This document shows positions 12,485 through 27,059 of a DNA stretch of 64,000 bases, one piece after another. Location of the stretch: assembly GCF_036321535.1 (NCBI RefSeq), contig NC_087436.1, forward strand, positions 104,286,001 through 104,350,000. The letters are read 5' to 3'. The position numbers and the translations under genes were made by a program. Below the pieces are notes generated by a model. It was not told the DNA's origin. It made no database searches and was given only the letters and a program-made list of their open reading frames with translations. This DNA is from Camelus dromedarius. Taxonomy: Eukaryota. Within the stretch, counting starts at the first letter, position 1. The number at the start of each line of letters is the position of its first letter.

Positions 12485-12760
12485 TGTTACCTGACAGATC
12501 AGTAAACAAAAGATGTTGCAGCCATCAAGCCACTACAGCTCCCCCTGACAGTGATCCCAGAGGGAGCTCAGGATGAAGATCAACCAGCTGCCTGCTGCCA
12601 AGCCCTCAGACACTGCAGACTACACTCTGAATAGCAAAGGACTAGAACAAGTAAACAACAGAAATTCAAAGGAACTGGACCGCTGGCATCAATGCACAAT
12701 ACCTGGCCTTCACAATACTACTGCTCAGAATATTGTGATGGTAAATACAAATTCCAAATG
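12485..12760. mobile_element. Probable LTR fragment
   Basis: Begins TGTTAC and has an LTR-like composition. I could not assign the family or the right end. Confidence 0.4.
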
Positions 12761-13429
12761 ATCCATTTGGTCAGGTTTGTCTATTAAAAATATCTTTGGA
12801 AAGAGGCAGGTAGGGAAAAAGAGTCAAAGTACTTAAGGCAATTAATGATAGACTCTACAAAACATCCTCCCACAACTCAGAATTTCTCAAACTTGTAGTT
12901 GAGTACATCTCCTCAACTCTTTACAATCTCCCCAGCATCCCACCCAGCCATGAATCTCCAGCCCACACCTCACTTTGAACCAAAGAAGAAAACTAAGGAG
13001 ACAGTTCTTTTGAGATTGAGAGGGGTGAAGTGATTAATAACTAAAAAATAAGGATGCTAAGTTTGAGAAGGGCCATAAAGCATAGAGGAGAAAGCAATGA
13101 AACTCCAGAGCAGAAGAAAAGGCATGGTGCCTAGAGTTTAGCTCCCTTCCTGCTTCCTGCTACCTTCCTGCAATTCCCTTGGAGTTGCATGAGTCCCTTC
13201 CTTCATTAGAGTTTCAGCTTTCTCATCTGTAGCAAGAGGATGAAATACCCATCTGAGGGGATATTATGAGGAACAAATGTATCTGTTATTAAAATAGCAG
13301 TAAATATTAATAAATTAAACATTAAAATTGAGATAATTCAGTAAAAATAATATCCAGTTCAATTGACAAGGGAATAGAAAGTACCCAAATAAATGCAGTA
13401 AAATATGTGAAAGTGCCCAGCACAATTCT

Positions 13430-13621
13430 CTTTTTTTAAACTACTTTTTTGAAATTTCTTTTTTTTGGGGGGGGTGTAATCAGGTTTGTTTGTTTATTTC
13501 TTCATTCATTCATTCATTCATTCATTCATTTAATAGTGGTACTGGGGATTGAACCCAGGGCCTCCTGCATGCTAGGGACTCACTCTGCTGGGCTATACCC
13601 TGCCCCCCCCCCCCCCCACCG
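13430..13621 (-). mobile_element. tRNA-Ala-derived SINE
   Basis: Reverse head 'ggtactggggattgaacccagggcctcctgcatgct...gctataccc'. (TTCA)n linker. TSD GCACAATTCT at 13420 and 13622. Confidence 0.88.
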
Positions 13622-15916
13622 GCACAATTCTTTGTACAGATAGAGACTTTGGAATTTTTTTTTTTAAGGAGAGAAAAATTTGTAGCAAAACTACAAATTG
13701 CTTCTTAATCAGCAATTAAAAAGTTTGGATTTGATTCTGAAGGCATGTCCAAGCAAAAATAAATTTAATCCTAACATTAAAAAACTATTTTTCACATCCA
13801 TAGAAGCAGGTGTGTTACAGCATAACTCAATTCTAGAATGCTCTCTGTTCTCTTTTCAATTCTGTTTAGCAAAACTTTTCAGAACAGATACTCTGTGCTA
13901 GGAATGGCAAGGGGAAAGCAGATATGAGTAAAAAATGGTCCCTTCTCTCAAGGAATTTTCAGTCTCGAAGGGATGGTGAGGCCAGTACACAAAGAGCTGT
14001 GAGGGTGGTCAGACACCTATAATCTCCCACCTGTGTATCTGGAAATGTTATCACTTTAAAGTCATTGTCTCGTAAGACACCGAATTTGCAGATTCCCATA
14101 TCCATCCCACAAGGAAGAACTTTGTCTTGGAAATCCTTACTCTCCCCAGTGTGGGTGGATATTGGGAAAACACTCTACTTCTGACATTTTAGAATGAAAC
14201 ATGACCCAGCCTAACAGATGAATAGCAAAGGAGGTCCAAATCATCTGAGTAGTTGAAAATGTATAAACAGAGACAAAAACAAAATAGACGTAGAGAGAAG
14301 TCTCCTCAAAAATGGTCTTAAATTCAGAGCAGAGGTACTCTGAGCCAACATGTGCGTCCAGTCTTGACTTTCTGAGACCTGCTTTGCCTTCATCTATTTT
14401 ACATACAATGTAGTGTCAGGTTTCACTGTGGGTGAGGGGATGCATTTGAAAATAACTGACCAGTGGCCTCACAGGGGCAGGAATGTGCACCACATCAAAA
14501 ACACCCTGCGAACCTAACACAAAAGCGAGGCATTTTTCAGTGTATACCAGAACTCATCCTTACTTTATTCCTGTAAGCGTGGCTTGCGTAAACTCTAAAA
14601 TCTACAATGAAAGGAAATCAGCTGTTGTTACAGACGGAGATACTGCTTTTAGCATGCTGTGTCTGCAGAATAGCTTAAATTGTATGTTGCCAGAAATTTA
14701 CTTAAATAATTATGTGTGTTGTGTATATCACAAATGTCACAGGCCTCGCTGTCTTTGGGAACAAATGAGCTCATTGTGATATCAACTACCTGTCACTGGA
14801 TAGTAAGCCCCACTTGCTAGCACAAGACCTCGCACTCCTTTCCAGAGTCTTTTCCTGTTACTCCTGAGAGTCATTAGGAAATGAAACATGTGTGCTTAGG
14901 AAAAATTCTACTCCTGATCTGCTCTGCCTACTTCTGTGATGTTTGATGCACCCAAGCCACTGTCCAGGGTGTTGCTTCTTGTTGCTCCCAAAGCTGCAAA
15001 ACCCAGAGGTGCTTAAACCCCAAGGCTCGCTGAAGCCCTCATGAAAAAAGCCTCTTTGATTCTGCTTGCCACCTCTTTTTACAAGGTGGCCATACCTCAT
15101 GTGTGAGTCCAGGCTGAGTATCAGACATGCTGTCTTCCATTCCCATCTTTCCTTCCTCTGGTGCCAGGTGATTGTGTATGAATGGGGAGGACTGGGCTAC
15201 TAGCACTGTACTCATGGACCGTGTTGACTCCTTACAAATAATAAAACTCTCAAGAGAAAAGCCAAGTAACAGTGGTTTAAATTATAGGATATTTATGACT
15301 AACAACAAGTCTGGAAGACTGTCCCGAGCTTGGTTCAGGGCCTGAACACCATCGTCAAGAATCTGAGTTCTTCTCTTCCTTCCCATTTTGCCATCTGCAA
15401 GCTCACTTTCACTGCGCACCTCATGGCTTCCGTCTCAGATGGCTGCTGCGGTTCCAAACCGGCAGGAAGCGGGGAAATGAGTTCTCAATGGCTGGGTATG
15501 TCTCTCTTTTTTCAGAAAAAAACTGTTTTGTTTTTTTTTCAAGAAGAATTCCCCATGCATTGTATTGCCTGAAGCTGTGTCATATAACCACCTCTAGCTA
15601 CAAGAGAGTCTGGCAAGAAATAATCTAGTCTTTTATTCTCAATCCTGGGAGAAAGATGAAAGAGAAGAATTGCTCATTGATGCTGCTATAGTGTCCAAAA
15701 TGACTTCAGTATAAAATTGTAGTAGGATATGAGCACTTGTAAAGGAACTTCCCTGACTGATATTTGGGCCATCAGACTACAAATAAATTAAAGTCCTTAG
15801 AGTTAGGCAATATTCAGATCACATAACATTCACACAGAGTTGACTGTGTGCAGTTCAAGATCCAGAATCTAAATTACAGTACTTATCAATGCAGCAATTT
15901 ATCCATATCATGGTGA

Positions 15917-16680
15917 ATTTTTTTAATTGAATTATAGTTAGTTTACAGTGTTGTGTCAATTTCTGGTGTACAGCACCATTTTTCAGTCATACATGAATAT
16001 ATATATATTCATTTTCATATTCTTTTTCACTGTGAGCTACTACAAGATCTTGAATATGTTTCCCTGTGCTATACAGTATAAACTTGTTTATCTATTCTAT
16101 ATATACCTGTCAGTATCTACCAATCTTGAACTCCCAGTCTGTTCCTTCCCACCTGCTTCCCCTCTAGCAACCACAAGTTTGTATTCTATGTCTATGAGTC
16201 TGTTTCTGTTTTATATTTAAGTTCACCTGTTTTTTTTTTTTTTTGGATTCCACATATGAGTGATATCACATGATATTTTTCTTTCTCTTTCTGGCTTACT
16301 TTACTTACAATGACATTCTCCAGGGACATCCATGTTGCTGCAAATGGCATTCTGTTGTCATTTTTATGGCTGAATAGTATTCCATTGTATACATATACCA
16401 CAACTGTTTTATCCAGTCATCCGTCAGTGGACATTTAGGCTGTTTCCATGTCTTGGCTATTGTAAATAGTGCTGCTATGAACATTGGGGTGCAGGTGTCT
16501 TTTTGAATCAGGCTTCCTTCTGGATACATGCCCAGGAGTGGGATTGCTAGATCATATGATGAGTCTATTTTTAGTCTTTTGAGGAATCTCCATACTGTTT
16601 TCCACAATGGCTGCACCAAACTGCATTCCCACCAGCAGTGTAGGAGGGTTCCCTTTCCTCCACACCCTGTCCAGCATTTA
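15917..16680 (-). mobile_element. Young L1 3' end
   Basis: ORF 16305-16709 (-) gives L1 ORF2 C-terminal peptide ([25 protein letters not shown]...TWKQPKCP). TSD CATGGTGA at 15909 and 16681. Confidence 0.92.
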
Positions 16681-17121
16681 CATGGTGATGTTTTAAAGGC
16701 TAGAAACAAGTAAGATTTGCAAAATAAGGTCTATAAGCAAAAGATTAAGTGACAAGAGAAAAACATTTGCAAATGTTATTGTAAAAGAAAAAAGAAGACA
16801 ATTGGTGATGTGTGAAGAAAGCAGCTTGTGCATAAATACATTGCGGTGAAGGGCTTTCTGTATCTGGAAACCACTCTGTTGGAATTCTCAGTTATTCTCT
16901 CTGGTTGTACAAGCCGAAGTGAACATTAGAAGGAATCTGTTCTTCAGTACGATCTGCCCTGCTTGGTAAGAAAGAGATTTACTGCTGCAAAGTGATGCCC
17001 TGGTTTCTCCAGGCCCTTCCTCTTGCTTTCAGGTAACACAGCAGAGCAGGCTCTACTCCACTCATTTTCTCCTCATTTCTATGAATACAACTCTACTTTC
17101 TCACCTCTCCTCCAAACTGCA

Positions 17122-17134
17122 ACACACACACACA

Positions 17135-17165
<31 letters not shown>

Positions 17166-17168
17166 CAC
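17122..17168. repeat. Interrupted (CA)n microsatellite
   Basis: Seen directly. Confidence 0.95.
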
Positions 17169-17862
17169 TCCCATCCCAGGATATTTCCTTTTGCACTGTT
17201 CTTTTCCGTATTATATGGCCTTTCCACCTTTGCCTCCTGGGAACTTACATACTATTTGTCATCTTTTTTTTGGTGGTGTTGCTCCAGGGTTCTTGAAGGC
17301 ATAGTGACATGTGCAAGGCAATCATATATATCAGAATAAGACAGCCACGATATTAAGTCCTTGAGATCAAATTGAAGATTGCAGTGGGTCCTGTCTCTGT
17401 CTACTGTGAAAATTGTCCCTATGGATACAGATGGGGAATTAGGATCAAGTTATAAACCTAGAAAGAATATCAAAAGCCATATGTCAGAGGCCCGGTCATC
17501 TGAGAGCAGAGCTAGTGAGGGGCAGAGTAAGGCCTGCTGGTGCATAAGCAGCATCCCACGACAGGTTGTTAACAGGAGGGGGCCTGGGGAAGGGGCCGAC
17601 AGGTCTGTTACCGGGACTTAAGCCCGAGCGAGACAAGCTCTATACAGTGGAAGGACCAAGGCTATGAAGCCTGGAATAAAGTGGGTGTCACAGCAAGGAG
17701 AAACTTTCAAATGGGAAACTGAATTACATGTTTGATAGAGGGAACTTGATAAAAACTACACTAAAATAGTGGTTCTCGACTAGCTCAAGGCACCTTTGAG
17801 TTCTCATGCTTTATCTCAAATATTCACGAGACCATGTAAGTATTCCAAAATATGCCTGTGTT

Positions 17863-18022
17863 TATTTTATTTTATTTTAAATTTTATTTATTTTTAAGCC
17901 TTTGGGGGGGGGTATAAGGTAATTAGGTTTATCTAATTTTTTTTAATAGAGGTACTAGAGATTGAACCCAGGACTTTTTGCATGCTAAGCACACACTCTA
18001 CCACTGAGCTATACCCTCCCCG
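17863..18022 (-). mobile_element. tRNA-Ala-derived SINE
   Basis: Perfect 18 bp TSD CCAAAATATGCCTGTGTT at 17845-17862 and 18023-18040. Reverse tRNA-like head. Confidence 0.92.
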
Positions 18023-18518
18023 CCAAAATATGCCTGTGTTGATTTTAATATAAAAACATTTTAAGTAATGCAACATCTAGAAAATTGATGCACCATTTTT
18101 TTCCTTGATATTCAGCACATTCCCTGGCACAGAGCTGTATGTCCCCAGCGCATAGAGGGCCCCAGTGTCAGTGGCATTGAACTTAGCCCACAGCTGTACT
18201 CCACTTACTAACATTCACTTCCCTGTCTGCTTCCCCACTCCCTATCTGTTTTTGCTGGGATCACCTCAACACACTATTTATGCTCAAATTCTTATTTCAG
18301 AGTCTGCTGCGGGGAGAACCCAATCTGAGTGGAACACCAAATAAGTTGCCCAGAAGGCAGCAGGCCCAGCTGGTCAAAGGGGAAAAAGACCACTTCTCAT
18401 TTTCTGTAGGCAGGGCTGCTTGGCTGGAGTCTTGCAGCTTTAAACTCAAATTTCCAGCCCAAGAGAGTCTTCCAAACTTTACACCCTTGCATTAGAGAAG
18501 AAGAATCACAAACAGAGA

Positions 18519-18956
18519 TATTATCAGTCAGGATCCTCCAGAGGAAAAGAATCAGTAGGTACAGATGTAGATATAGACAGAGATAGATTTTAAGAAATTG
18601 ACTCGCATGACTGTGGGGACTGGAAAGTCTGAAATCTGTAGAGCAGGTCAGCAGGCTGGAAATTCAGGTAAGAGTTGATGTAATCTTGAGTCCAAAATCC
18701 ATAGGGCAGCAGGCTGGAAACTCAAGCAGAATTTCTAGGTTACAGTCTTGAGGCAGAATTCTTTCTTCTCCAGGAAACCTCAAGTCTATAACTGATTCCA
18801 TGAGGCCTACCCCCATTATGAATTTATGTAAAGTCAACAGATTGTAGGTGCTAACCATATCTACCAAGGACCTTTACGGCAACATCTAGTTTAGTGCTTG
18901 ACCAAACAAATGGGCACCATGGCTAGCCAGGTCGACATGTAAAATTAACTAATACA
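18519..18956 (-). mobile_element. MLT2-type ERVL solo LTR
   Basis: Ends 'aaaattaactaataca' (reverse of the MLT2 5' end). Internal 'gaggcctacccccattatg'. TSD-like AGAGA/AGAGG. Confidence 0.8.
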
Positions 18957-19430
18957 AGAGGCTCTTTAAGAGCCTTGGTCATACCTCCCTCCCTCCACAA
19001 AGTCCCATTCTATTTTGACTCCTCTTTGTCTCCCTAACATCCTGACATTCTTTACAGAATTTCCATTCTGATTTTCTGTTTTATGGGATTCTGGCCCTTT
19101 ACCGGGCTGCATTGTTCTTCTGTCTGGGTTTGTCCGTACTGAACTGGACTCCACTTTTGGGGACTGACCCCTTGAGCTGGGTCCACAGCCCCTTCCAGGG
19201 TGCCCCTTGGACCTGGGTCCAGTGGTGCATTGTGCTGGGTCCCAAATAAACTGTGAGATTCTCTTTCCAGATTCCCCAAACAAAGTTTAATTCATAGAAC
19301 TAAACATGAAATGTATGTCAAATAGCACTTTTGTTAAGAAGAAGGGAAGGTGGCAAAATCAAACTGGGATCCCTAAAGGGAAAGGATAGGTGGCTGTGAT
19401 TCACCACTAGCATTTTCATCAGACCATATA

Positions 19431-19436
<6 letters not shown>

Positions 19437-19490
<54 letters not shown>
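19437..19490. repeat. Perfect (TG)27 microsatellite
   Basis: Seen directly. Confidence 0.97.
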
Positions 19491-19491
<1 letters not shown>

Positions 19492-21039
19492 TGCTGCTTA
19501 ATATCAAAACATACTGGAAACACTTTAAAAGAATATCATCCATACATTACATCAGATAAATAAATGTTTCCATCTCAACTGACTCATTTGCTGAAACAAC
19601 ACTCCACAAAACAAAGAAAAGGGCCAAGAAATGGAGATGGTTAAAAAACACATTTTAAGGTTTTTAGGATATGGGGAAAAGTGTATATCTTTAAATAAAT
19701 TTTAAGAATTACATTTTATATTCCTGCACCATAAATTGTCAGAATTAGAACAAACCTGGGAAGCCAAAAATTTCATCTCCTTTTGACAAGAGTGAAATTT
19801 GCTCTTTCCAAGAGTAAAATTAAGAGAATTATTTCAAGTCACACAAGAAGATGGAGGCAGAACTCCAAGTTTACACCCAAGTTTTCTGACAGTTTATCTC
19901 AGGCATTCTCATGATTCCAGAATTTTTATTTTGGTATGTGTGGTTTGTTGTCATTATTTTTTTTCTTTCCCTCCCTCCCTCCTTCCTTCCTTCCTTTCTT
20001 TTCCTTCAGAGCTGCAGAGATTCAACCTGGAGGGAAAAAAATTAATATTATCTCATTTAACTCTTGTAATGCCACATAAGATATGAGTTATTTTCCCTAA
20101 GTTTTATAGAAACTGAGACTTGAAAGTTAGGTAACTTGTCAAAAGTCACAATACAGTGCGTAATAACAGAGCTGGGATCTGAACCAGCTTGTTTAATCCC
20201 TCATCTCCTCTCTGGGGCAAATGAAGGTAATTTTTGCCTCAAAAATGTTCAGGTCCCACTTTTGTTTTGCAAGCCCAAGTAGTGACAGGAATGAAAATTC
20301 CAAAAGTTTTCAGAAATCCTCCCTTTTAATAATGATAAAATTTAAATGTGAGAACTTCTATTGACTAAAGAGATTACAAAGTACATGAAGGAAGAATATC
20401 TTCTTCTCATTGTGCATTTCTGCGCATCTCTATAGGAAGTTCCTCTGGACAGCGTCTAATATCTCCTTCTACATTATTAACTTCTAGGCATTAGAAAAAT
20501 AATAGGATTTTACTAAATCATAGAGATGCAATCTTAAGACTGTAAGGAATATTGTTAGTAAGGGGGAAAGTATGGGGGACTCCACAGCTAAATAATACTA
20601 TATCGATCTTTTCTTCTTGCAAATGTAAGAGGTTTTCTCTAATAAATGGGTGGACCTAAAGGTCAGTTTTGTCATTCTTCACTTCAAAGATAACAATAAA
20701 ATTCAGGGAATTATTAGTTTCATTTAAGAGAAATTATTCCCTCAAGCTATTCCTTGATTTAAATCGGCCTCATTAGACTTGGAAGTAGTCTGGCATTTAT
20801 CCAAGAGACTATCGTTTGGTTGGAAAAGTTTTTGTTAGCCCAATATTTGTCTTTAGTAATTGAAGGACTTGGTCAGAGAGACTGAGATGTATTTAAGTTT
20901 TAAAAAATTACTTGAAAAAATCTGATTTAAGTTTAAATGAGATTCATCTTTAGGGTCTGCAAAGAGAGATCATCCAAGCAGAAGACTCTAGTGGTCATGA
21001 ACTTGGGGCTCATGGTCTAAGCTCCTGGGTACTTGGGGT

Positions 21040-21225
21040 CAGATGCTAAGATCTACCACTTACTTGCAATGCGATTTTGGGTACTTTTCTAAGGCTCTTT
21101 ATGCCTCAGTTTTCACATCTGTAAAATGGAGATAATACTACTTTTGACTTTATAAAGTCAACAAGTCACTAAATATCCAGTGCTTAGAAGCATGTCCTGA
21201 TCCCTGGTAGGCTTCAGAGAATGGT
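21040..21225 (+). mobile_element. MIR SINE
   Basis: MIR core 'gcctcagttttcacatctgtaaaatggagataata'. Confidence 0.7.
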
Positions 21226-24200
21226 TAAACCAGAGTTCCTCAAACTCTGGTGAGTATTAGAATCTCCTACGTAACTTGGTAAAACTACAAGGACTAGGGC
21301 CCTGTTCTACCTCAATGAGCCTGGGCCTTCGTGTTCTTTATTAGCAGATTTAGAACCACTCATTTAGACAACAGCAATTAACATTTGTTCATTGTATCAT
21401 GCTCAAGGCCAAAGACACAGAGGAGAATGCATCAATGTGGGTTCAGTTGTTAAACCTTCTAGCTTTCTTAAGCAGAAGGAGATTTTATATAAACCATTAA
21501 AATACTTATGGAATAGGAAAGACTTGAAGAGCGAGTTCTAGACCAGGGTTCCAGAGACAACGCTGTCAAGGTGACTCACAAGGTGGCTGCTACCCCTGGC
21601 ACAGTCAGCGGTGGGAGAATCAGATCACCTTCAGGAACTGGGAAGTTTGCAGATACACTGCCTGGGCGGCCATCTAGCAATCAAGAGGCGACTTCCACCA
21701 CGACGACAGCTGTCTTTCAACACCCTCAAAGCTGGGATCTGGATACAAGAATGCTGTTGCAGAACAACTCAGCATCTTCATGATCGTGATTGTCCCAGCA
21801 ACACCCACGGCAGCCCGAAGACAGCCCCTGCCTCACTTCCACCTTCCAAATCTCCCATAAGGACATCTAACTGGGGAAGCTAATTTGCGTTCAAGACTGA
21901 AAGAGAAGACTTTGAGCTCTCTGACTCTACACTACAGGAAGACACATTGGAGGGAGGCTGGAAGGCTTGCTGAGTGCCAAGCTACCATCTCCACCACAGA
22001 GGACGGTATTAGTTGGACAAGGCTGCCATAATAAAATGCCACAGACTGGATAGCTTAACCACCAGAAGTCTGTTTCATGTGTTTTTTCTCCACTATTTCC
22101 TGGACACCAGGAATTTCTTGGTTGAACTCTCGGAAGGTGCGTGTGAATGCTTGAAACTGAAAGTTATGTGTGGATGTTCCTTCCTGTTAGTTATCAGTAG
22201 AACTCAGGGCTTAGCCTTCCAGAGACCTGCCATTATATTGAAACTTAAAATGATTGTCTTAGCGAACATTCATGTTTAAAATATACCTCATTATGTCGAC
22301 AGGATGCTGGCTTCTGATTATACACTGCAGCTGGATTGCCTCCATTCTATCTCTTATGAGATATTTTTCCATCTCATTTTTGATTATATGAGTTGTACTG
22401 TTTCATATTCAACTAAGCAATGTTCATTCATTAAGCTAGCAATCATTGAAATCTGTGCCTAAAATTTCCAATTATATTCCAGGTAGAAACAAATTGTTCC
22501 TTGAGGGTAATGCAGGTTTGAATGCAACTGTGTCCATGACTGTAAATCTGGATGATAAAATAAATTCAGGTAGTCATATGATACTTGCAGAACAGCCATA
22601 TGTTTGTCATTAGGTAGCTAAAATACCCAGACAATTGACTGTTGTTTTTTTTTCCCCAATTTCCCTCCAGATGATTCAGCGAAGATGCAGCCAAGGAAAT
22701 CTTTGAATCATAAATTCTCAATTTTTATAGCAGATTACAAATTTCTACAACCAGCATGAGTCATCAGGTTTTTCTCAGAAAGAACAGCTCCTCCAAGGAC
22801 CAGGATCTTGGTATTTCAGTTTTTTAAGGACTTCTTTGATATTAATCTTGATTGTAACCTTTGGTCTTTAAGATGAGCTTCTGAATTTTCAGCACAAAAT
22901 GGAAATACTTAATGAGGGAAACAGACAACAAACAACCAGTTCAGATGTCACTGGCTCTATCACTCAGTTAAGCATCTTCCTTTCTTGTTAGGCCAAACAA
23001 AACAAAAAATTGCTGAATGGAAAAGTCAACCTCTTAAAGACAACCACATCATCTGAGAACATTTCCAGTGAGCTCAGAAAGCCTGGGAAAGAACGCTTAG
23101 TCTCCTCTCCTCTTCCAAAACTGGATTTACTCTAAAGGAATCACACCAGTCAGCATTCTCTAGTTTTGAAATACATGGGATAAGTGTCTTTCTGGAGCCA
23201 CCTTTGGGCTTATTGTAAAATGGTCCATGAGGTATAGTGGACGAAGAGCTGGACACAGATTCAGGGGATTCAGGCTCTCAATTCTGGCTCTACAAACTAG
23301 ATGTATGGCTCTTTGGGTCTCAGTGTCTCATCTGCTTAGCCACAAGGTGTATCTGAATAAGATGATCTTTAAGGATCTTTCATCAAAAATCTATGACGGT
23401 GTAAGGCCAGCAAGGGGCCCAGCAACTCAGTGATACCATATTTTAAGGAAGGACATCTTTGGCAATGTGATTAAAGAGCTCAGTATTAAGGAGAATTAGT
23501 TGACTTTTCTAGTATTCTGCTATATATTAAATTTCATAAATATACAGAGAATAGTATGAAATTAATGTAAATAATAACGATTAGTCTTGGGACAAAAAGT
23601 AATGATTACGCTTGATCAAAACGCCACATTGAGAAGCACCGGAATTGTAACATCCCACTGCTCAGATGTAGTTCAGCTGGCTTTAAAAAACCACAACCAC
23701 CACCACCACAACCACAGCAACAACCACCAAAAATAGTGTTCCTGGTCTGTATCTAAGTAGCAACAATACATCTCAAGAGACTTTTAACTTGAGGTTTAGT
23801 CTTTATCAACTTCCTTGATTATTAAAGCACTTGGATCTTGTGGCTTTAACTAATCAGATTAAGACTTTCTTGCCCTCAATTTTCTTATCTATAAAATAAA
23901 AAGTGTGTTCAAAATAGTTCTAAGATTCTCCCAATGTCTAAAGTCCTGAGTCAGTATTTTTGGATGGTTTGAAAATCTGGACTCTAATTAATTAAATTCA
24001 ACTAATCTAAGAAACCTATGACATCAACTATGCAGACCTGGAGAGAGAAATACCTTCCCAGAGAGCAAAATGGCTTCATAAATAGCTTCATTTTTAAGGA
24101 TATCAAAAAGGACATTTCAAATCTCTCCTGCTGCCTGACCTATAGAATTACAGATTCATCTGTTTAACTTAAGACCTTATCTTCGGGTAAAATATAAACG

Positions 24201-25084
24201 CCTGTAGAAAGGTCACACATTAAACATTATCAGTCATTTTTACCTTTGTTTGAATGAATTTTTTTTTCAGTTTGATCTCATCTTGTTCCATAAAGGATAT
24301 GAAGCTGCTTATTGAGAATTAGTGGAGCAAATGCATTTCTGAGATCAGATTTGGTGAAAGTCCGCAGGGACCAGGGGAAACCATGAGGAGGAGGGTGCCA
24401 CCAACTAGAAAAGCTCTATGTAAATTGCAAAGTGCTGTAAAAATATTAGAGATCATTATTAATAAAAGGAGGAAGGTGGATGGCTAAAGATAAACCTCAT
24501 TTCCCAATAATTCAGAGTCTGTTATGTCAACAGGTCAAATTATTCTTCATTCTTCTTATGGGGCTTAATGTTCCTTGTCTAATTCTTTGGACGCTTTGTT
24601 AGAAAAAGAAGTCCATTCATAATTTGCTCTTTATCTTGCTCGGGTTGCTTTCCTATTTCCTGAAGGGCATAAAATTCTATTAGCCATCACACTGTCTGGG
24701 ACCACTATTTGCACAGTCTCATAATCGCCCCTATTTCCTGGAAATGCAAAGATCCGTTCTCTGTCTTTGCGTAAATAGGTGTCTATTAAGCCCAGGAAGG
24801 AAAAGATGACTGATTTTAAATGGTTTTCTCAACTTTGTCAGAGCTGATTGTAGTGAAATGGATGGTTCTGCCATTAACAGCAAAGAAAAGTCATAGCGCA
24901 TTTTCAAAGGTACAAAATGGCAAAACACAAAAAATTCAAGAAACTTCTAAATTGTACTGTACTGACTATTTGGTTTAGATCACAAAGATAACACAACCTT
25001 GAAAAAGAAAGAACAAGAAATTTTAAGCCCTGTCAATTAGACTGGAAATATCTCACTTTACTGAAGATGCCAGTCCAAGAATGA

Positions 25085-25780
25085 GATCTACTTCTGGGTA
25101 TATAACCTAAAGAATTGAAAGCAGGGTCTTTTGTAGGGGGAGGGTAATTAGGTTTTTAAAAAGTTTTTATTGATTTATTTAATTTTTTAGAGGAGGTACT
25201 GGGGTTTGAACCCAGGACTTTGTGCATGCTAAGCATGCACTCTATCACTTGAGCTACATCCTCCCCAAAAGCAGGGTCTTGAAGAGATACTTGTACATCC
25301 AAATTCATAGCAGCATTATTCACAATAACTAAAGAATGAAAGCAACCCAAGTGCCCATTGATGGATAAATGAATAAACAAAGTGTGGTAGATACATACAA
25401 TGGAATATTATTCAACCTTAACAGGGAAGGAGATTCTGACATACACTGCAATATGGATGAGCCCTGAAGACATTATGCTAAGTAAAATAATCTAGGCATA
25501 AAAAAGGCAAATGCTGTATGACTCCACTTCTTGATATACTTAGAGTAATCAAAATCATAGAGACAGAGAGTGGAATGGTGGTTGCCAGGGACTGGTGGGA
25601 GGGAGGAGAGGAAGGTTAATGGGTACAGAGTTTCAGTTTTGCAAGATGAAAAGAGTCCTGGCGATGGATGGTGGTGATAGTTGCACAAAAATGTAAATGT
25701 TTATTAATATCACCAAACTCTACACTTAAAATGGTTAAGATAGTAAATTTTATGTTATGTATACTTTACCACAATAAAAG
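25085..25780 (+). mobile_element. L1MB-like 3' end interrupted by a SINE
   Basis: 'gcaacccaagtgcccattgatggataaatg' and 'cacttaaaatggttaagatagtaaattttatgttatgtatactttaccacaataaaa'. Confidence 0.85.
25131..25267 (-). mobile_element. tRNA-Ala-derived SINE
   Basis: Perfect 13 bp TSD AAAGCAGGGTCTT at 25118-25130 and 25268-25280. Confidence 0.92.
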
Positions 25781-26574
25781 ATTGCTTATTAACTTGTTTT
25801 AAAATAATAACAAAAATTAGTGAGAAAAGGACATTATTTTGGATTTATGCACACTTTTTGATGTCTGGCTTAATAGAAGACAGCTGGATTCTTCAGTCTG
25901 TGTGGCATTCAATCTGTGGTGCTGTGTTGACTCCAGTTAATGAAAAAAACCCAGTGTCACACAGATATGTAACTGGGAAAGGGAGAACTGTCTTAATATC
26001 CTTTTCAGACATAGTGGATATTCTCCACTGATAGCACATCAAGTCACATCACAAAAAAAAAAAAAAAAAATCAGGCAGGCAAAACACGAAAGACCTCTAC
26101 TACTTTTCAGCAATATTTAAAATCATATGGTATCGGTCTAGTCCTTTACAACATTTTGTTACATTGACTGATAAATATTTAGAACACTCACATGAAATGT
26201 TTTTAGACTTGAAACCAAACAAGCCGCACATGATAGGTGGAAACACTGGTTCATCCCATGGCTGTGAAATGGCTGAAATGATACATTGAAAATAATATGA
26301 TTGCAAACAAAACATTCATCTGTCAGAAAATATTCTTGGAAGATGTACCCAAAAAGCTGCCACAGAATAGAATAAATCAGTATTAGTACAAAGTTAGCAG
26401 CATGGGAAGTTTGCTGTTCTGTTATAGGTAAACACAGTCATGACTGCATGCTTCACTGGACAGAGTTTTGGAGGTTCTGTTTCAGTAACAAACAAAGGAA
26501 AGACTGACTCCTTTTGTGTATGCATGGGAACCTCTAAGGAAAAGTGTCCAGTAGAAGAATTCAATAGTGAATTC

Positions 26575-26860
26575 TTGGGGGAGGGATAAATTAGGAGTTT
26601 GGGCTTAATGGATGGATACACACTACTAAATATAAACTAGATAAAGAACAAGGACCTACTGTATGGTGCAGGGAACTATATTCAATATCTTGTAATAATC
26701 TATAATGGAAAAGAATCTGAAAAAGAACATATATATATATGTATGTATGTGTATATGTGTATATATATGAATCACTTTTCTGTATCCCTGAAATTAACAC
26801 AATATTGTAAATCAACTATACTTTAATAAAAATGTTGTTTGTTTTGAAAAAAAAATAAAG
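26575..26860 (+). mobile_element. L1 3' tail
   Basis: 'ggagggataaattaggagtttggg...caaggacctactgtat...gtaaatcaactatactttaataaaaa'. Confidence 0.85.
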
Positions 26861-27059
26861 AATGGCTTCCATTTAAGAAAAAGAGAGAGAAATGTTTTAG
26901 TGCAAATTACTGACGGGGCCAGAGCGTTGATAGAAATACACAAACACATTCCCAGGGAAAGATGACAAAGTTAGCACTCCCTGTGGGAATGCTTGTGTAA
27001 TATGTTTCAGTGAGATGAGAAATGACCGCAAAACTCGGGAATCTGTGGTGAACTGAATG

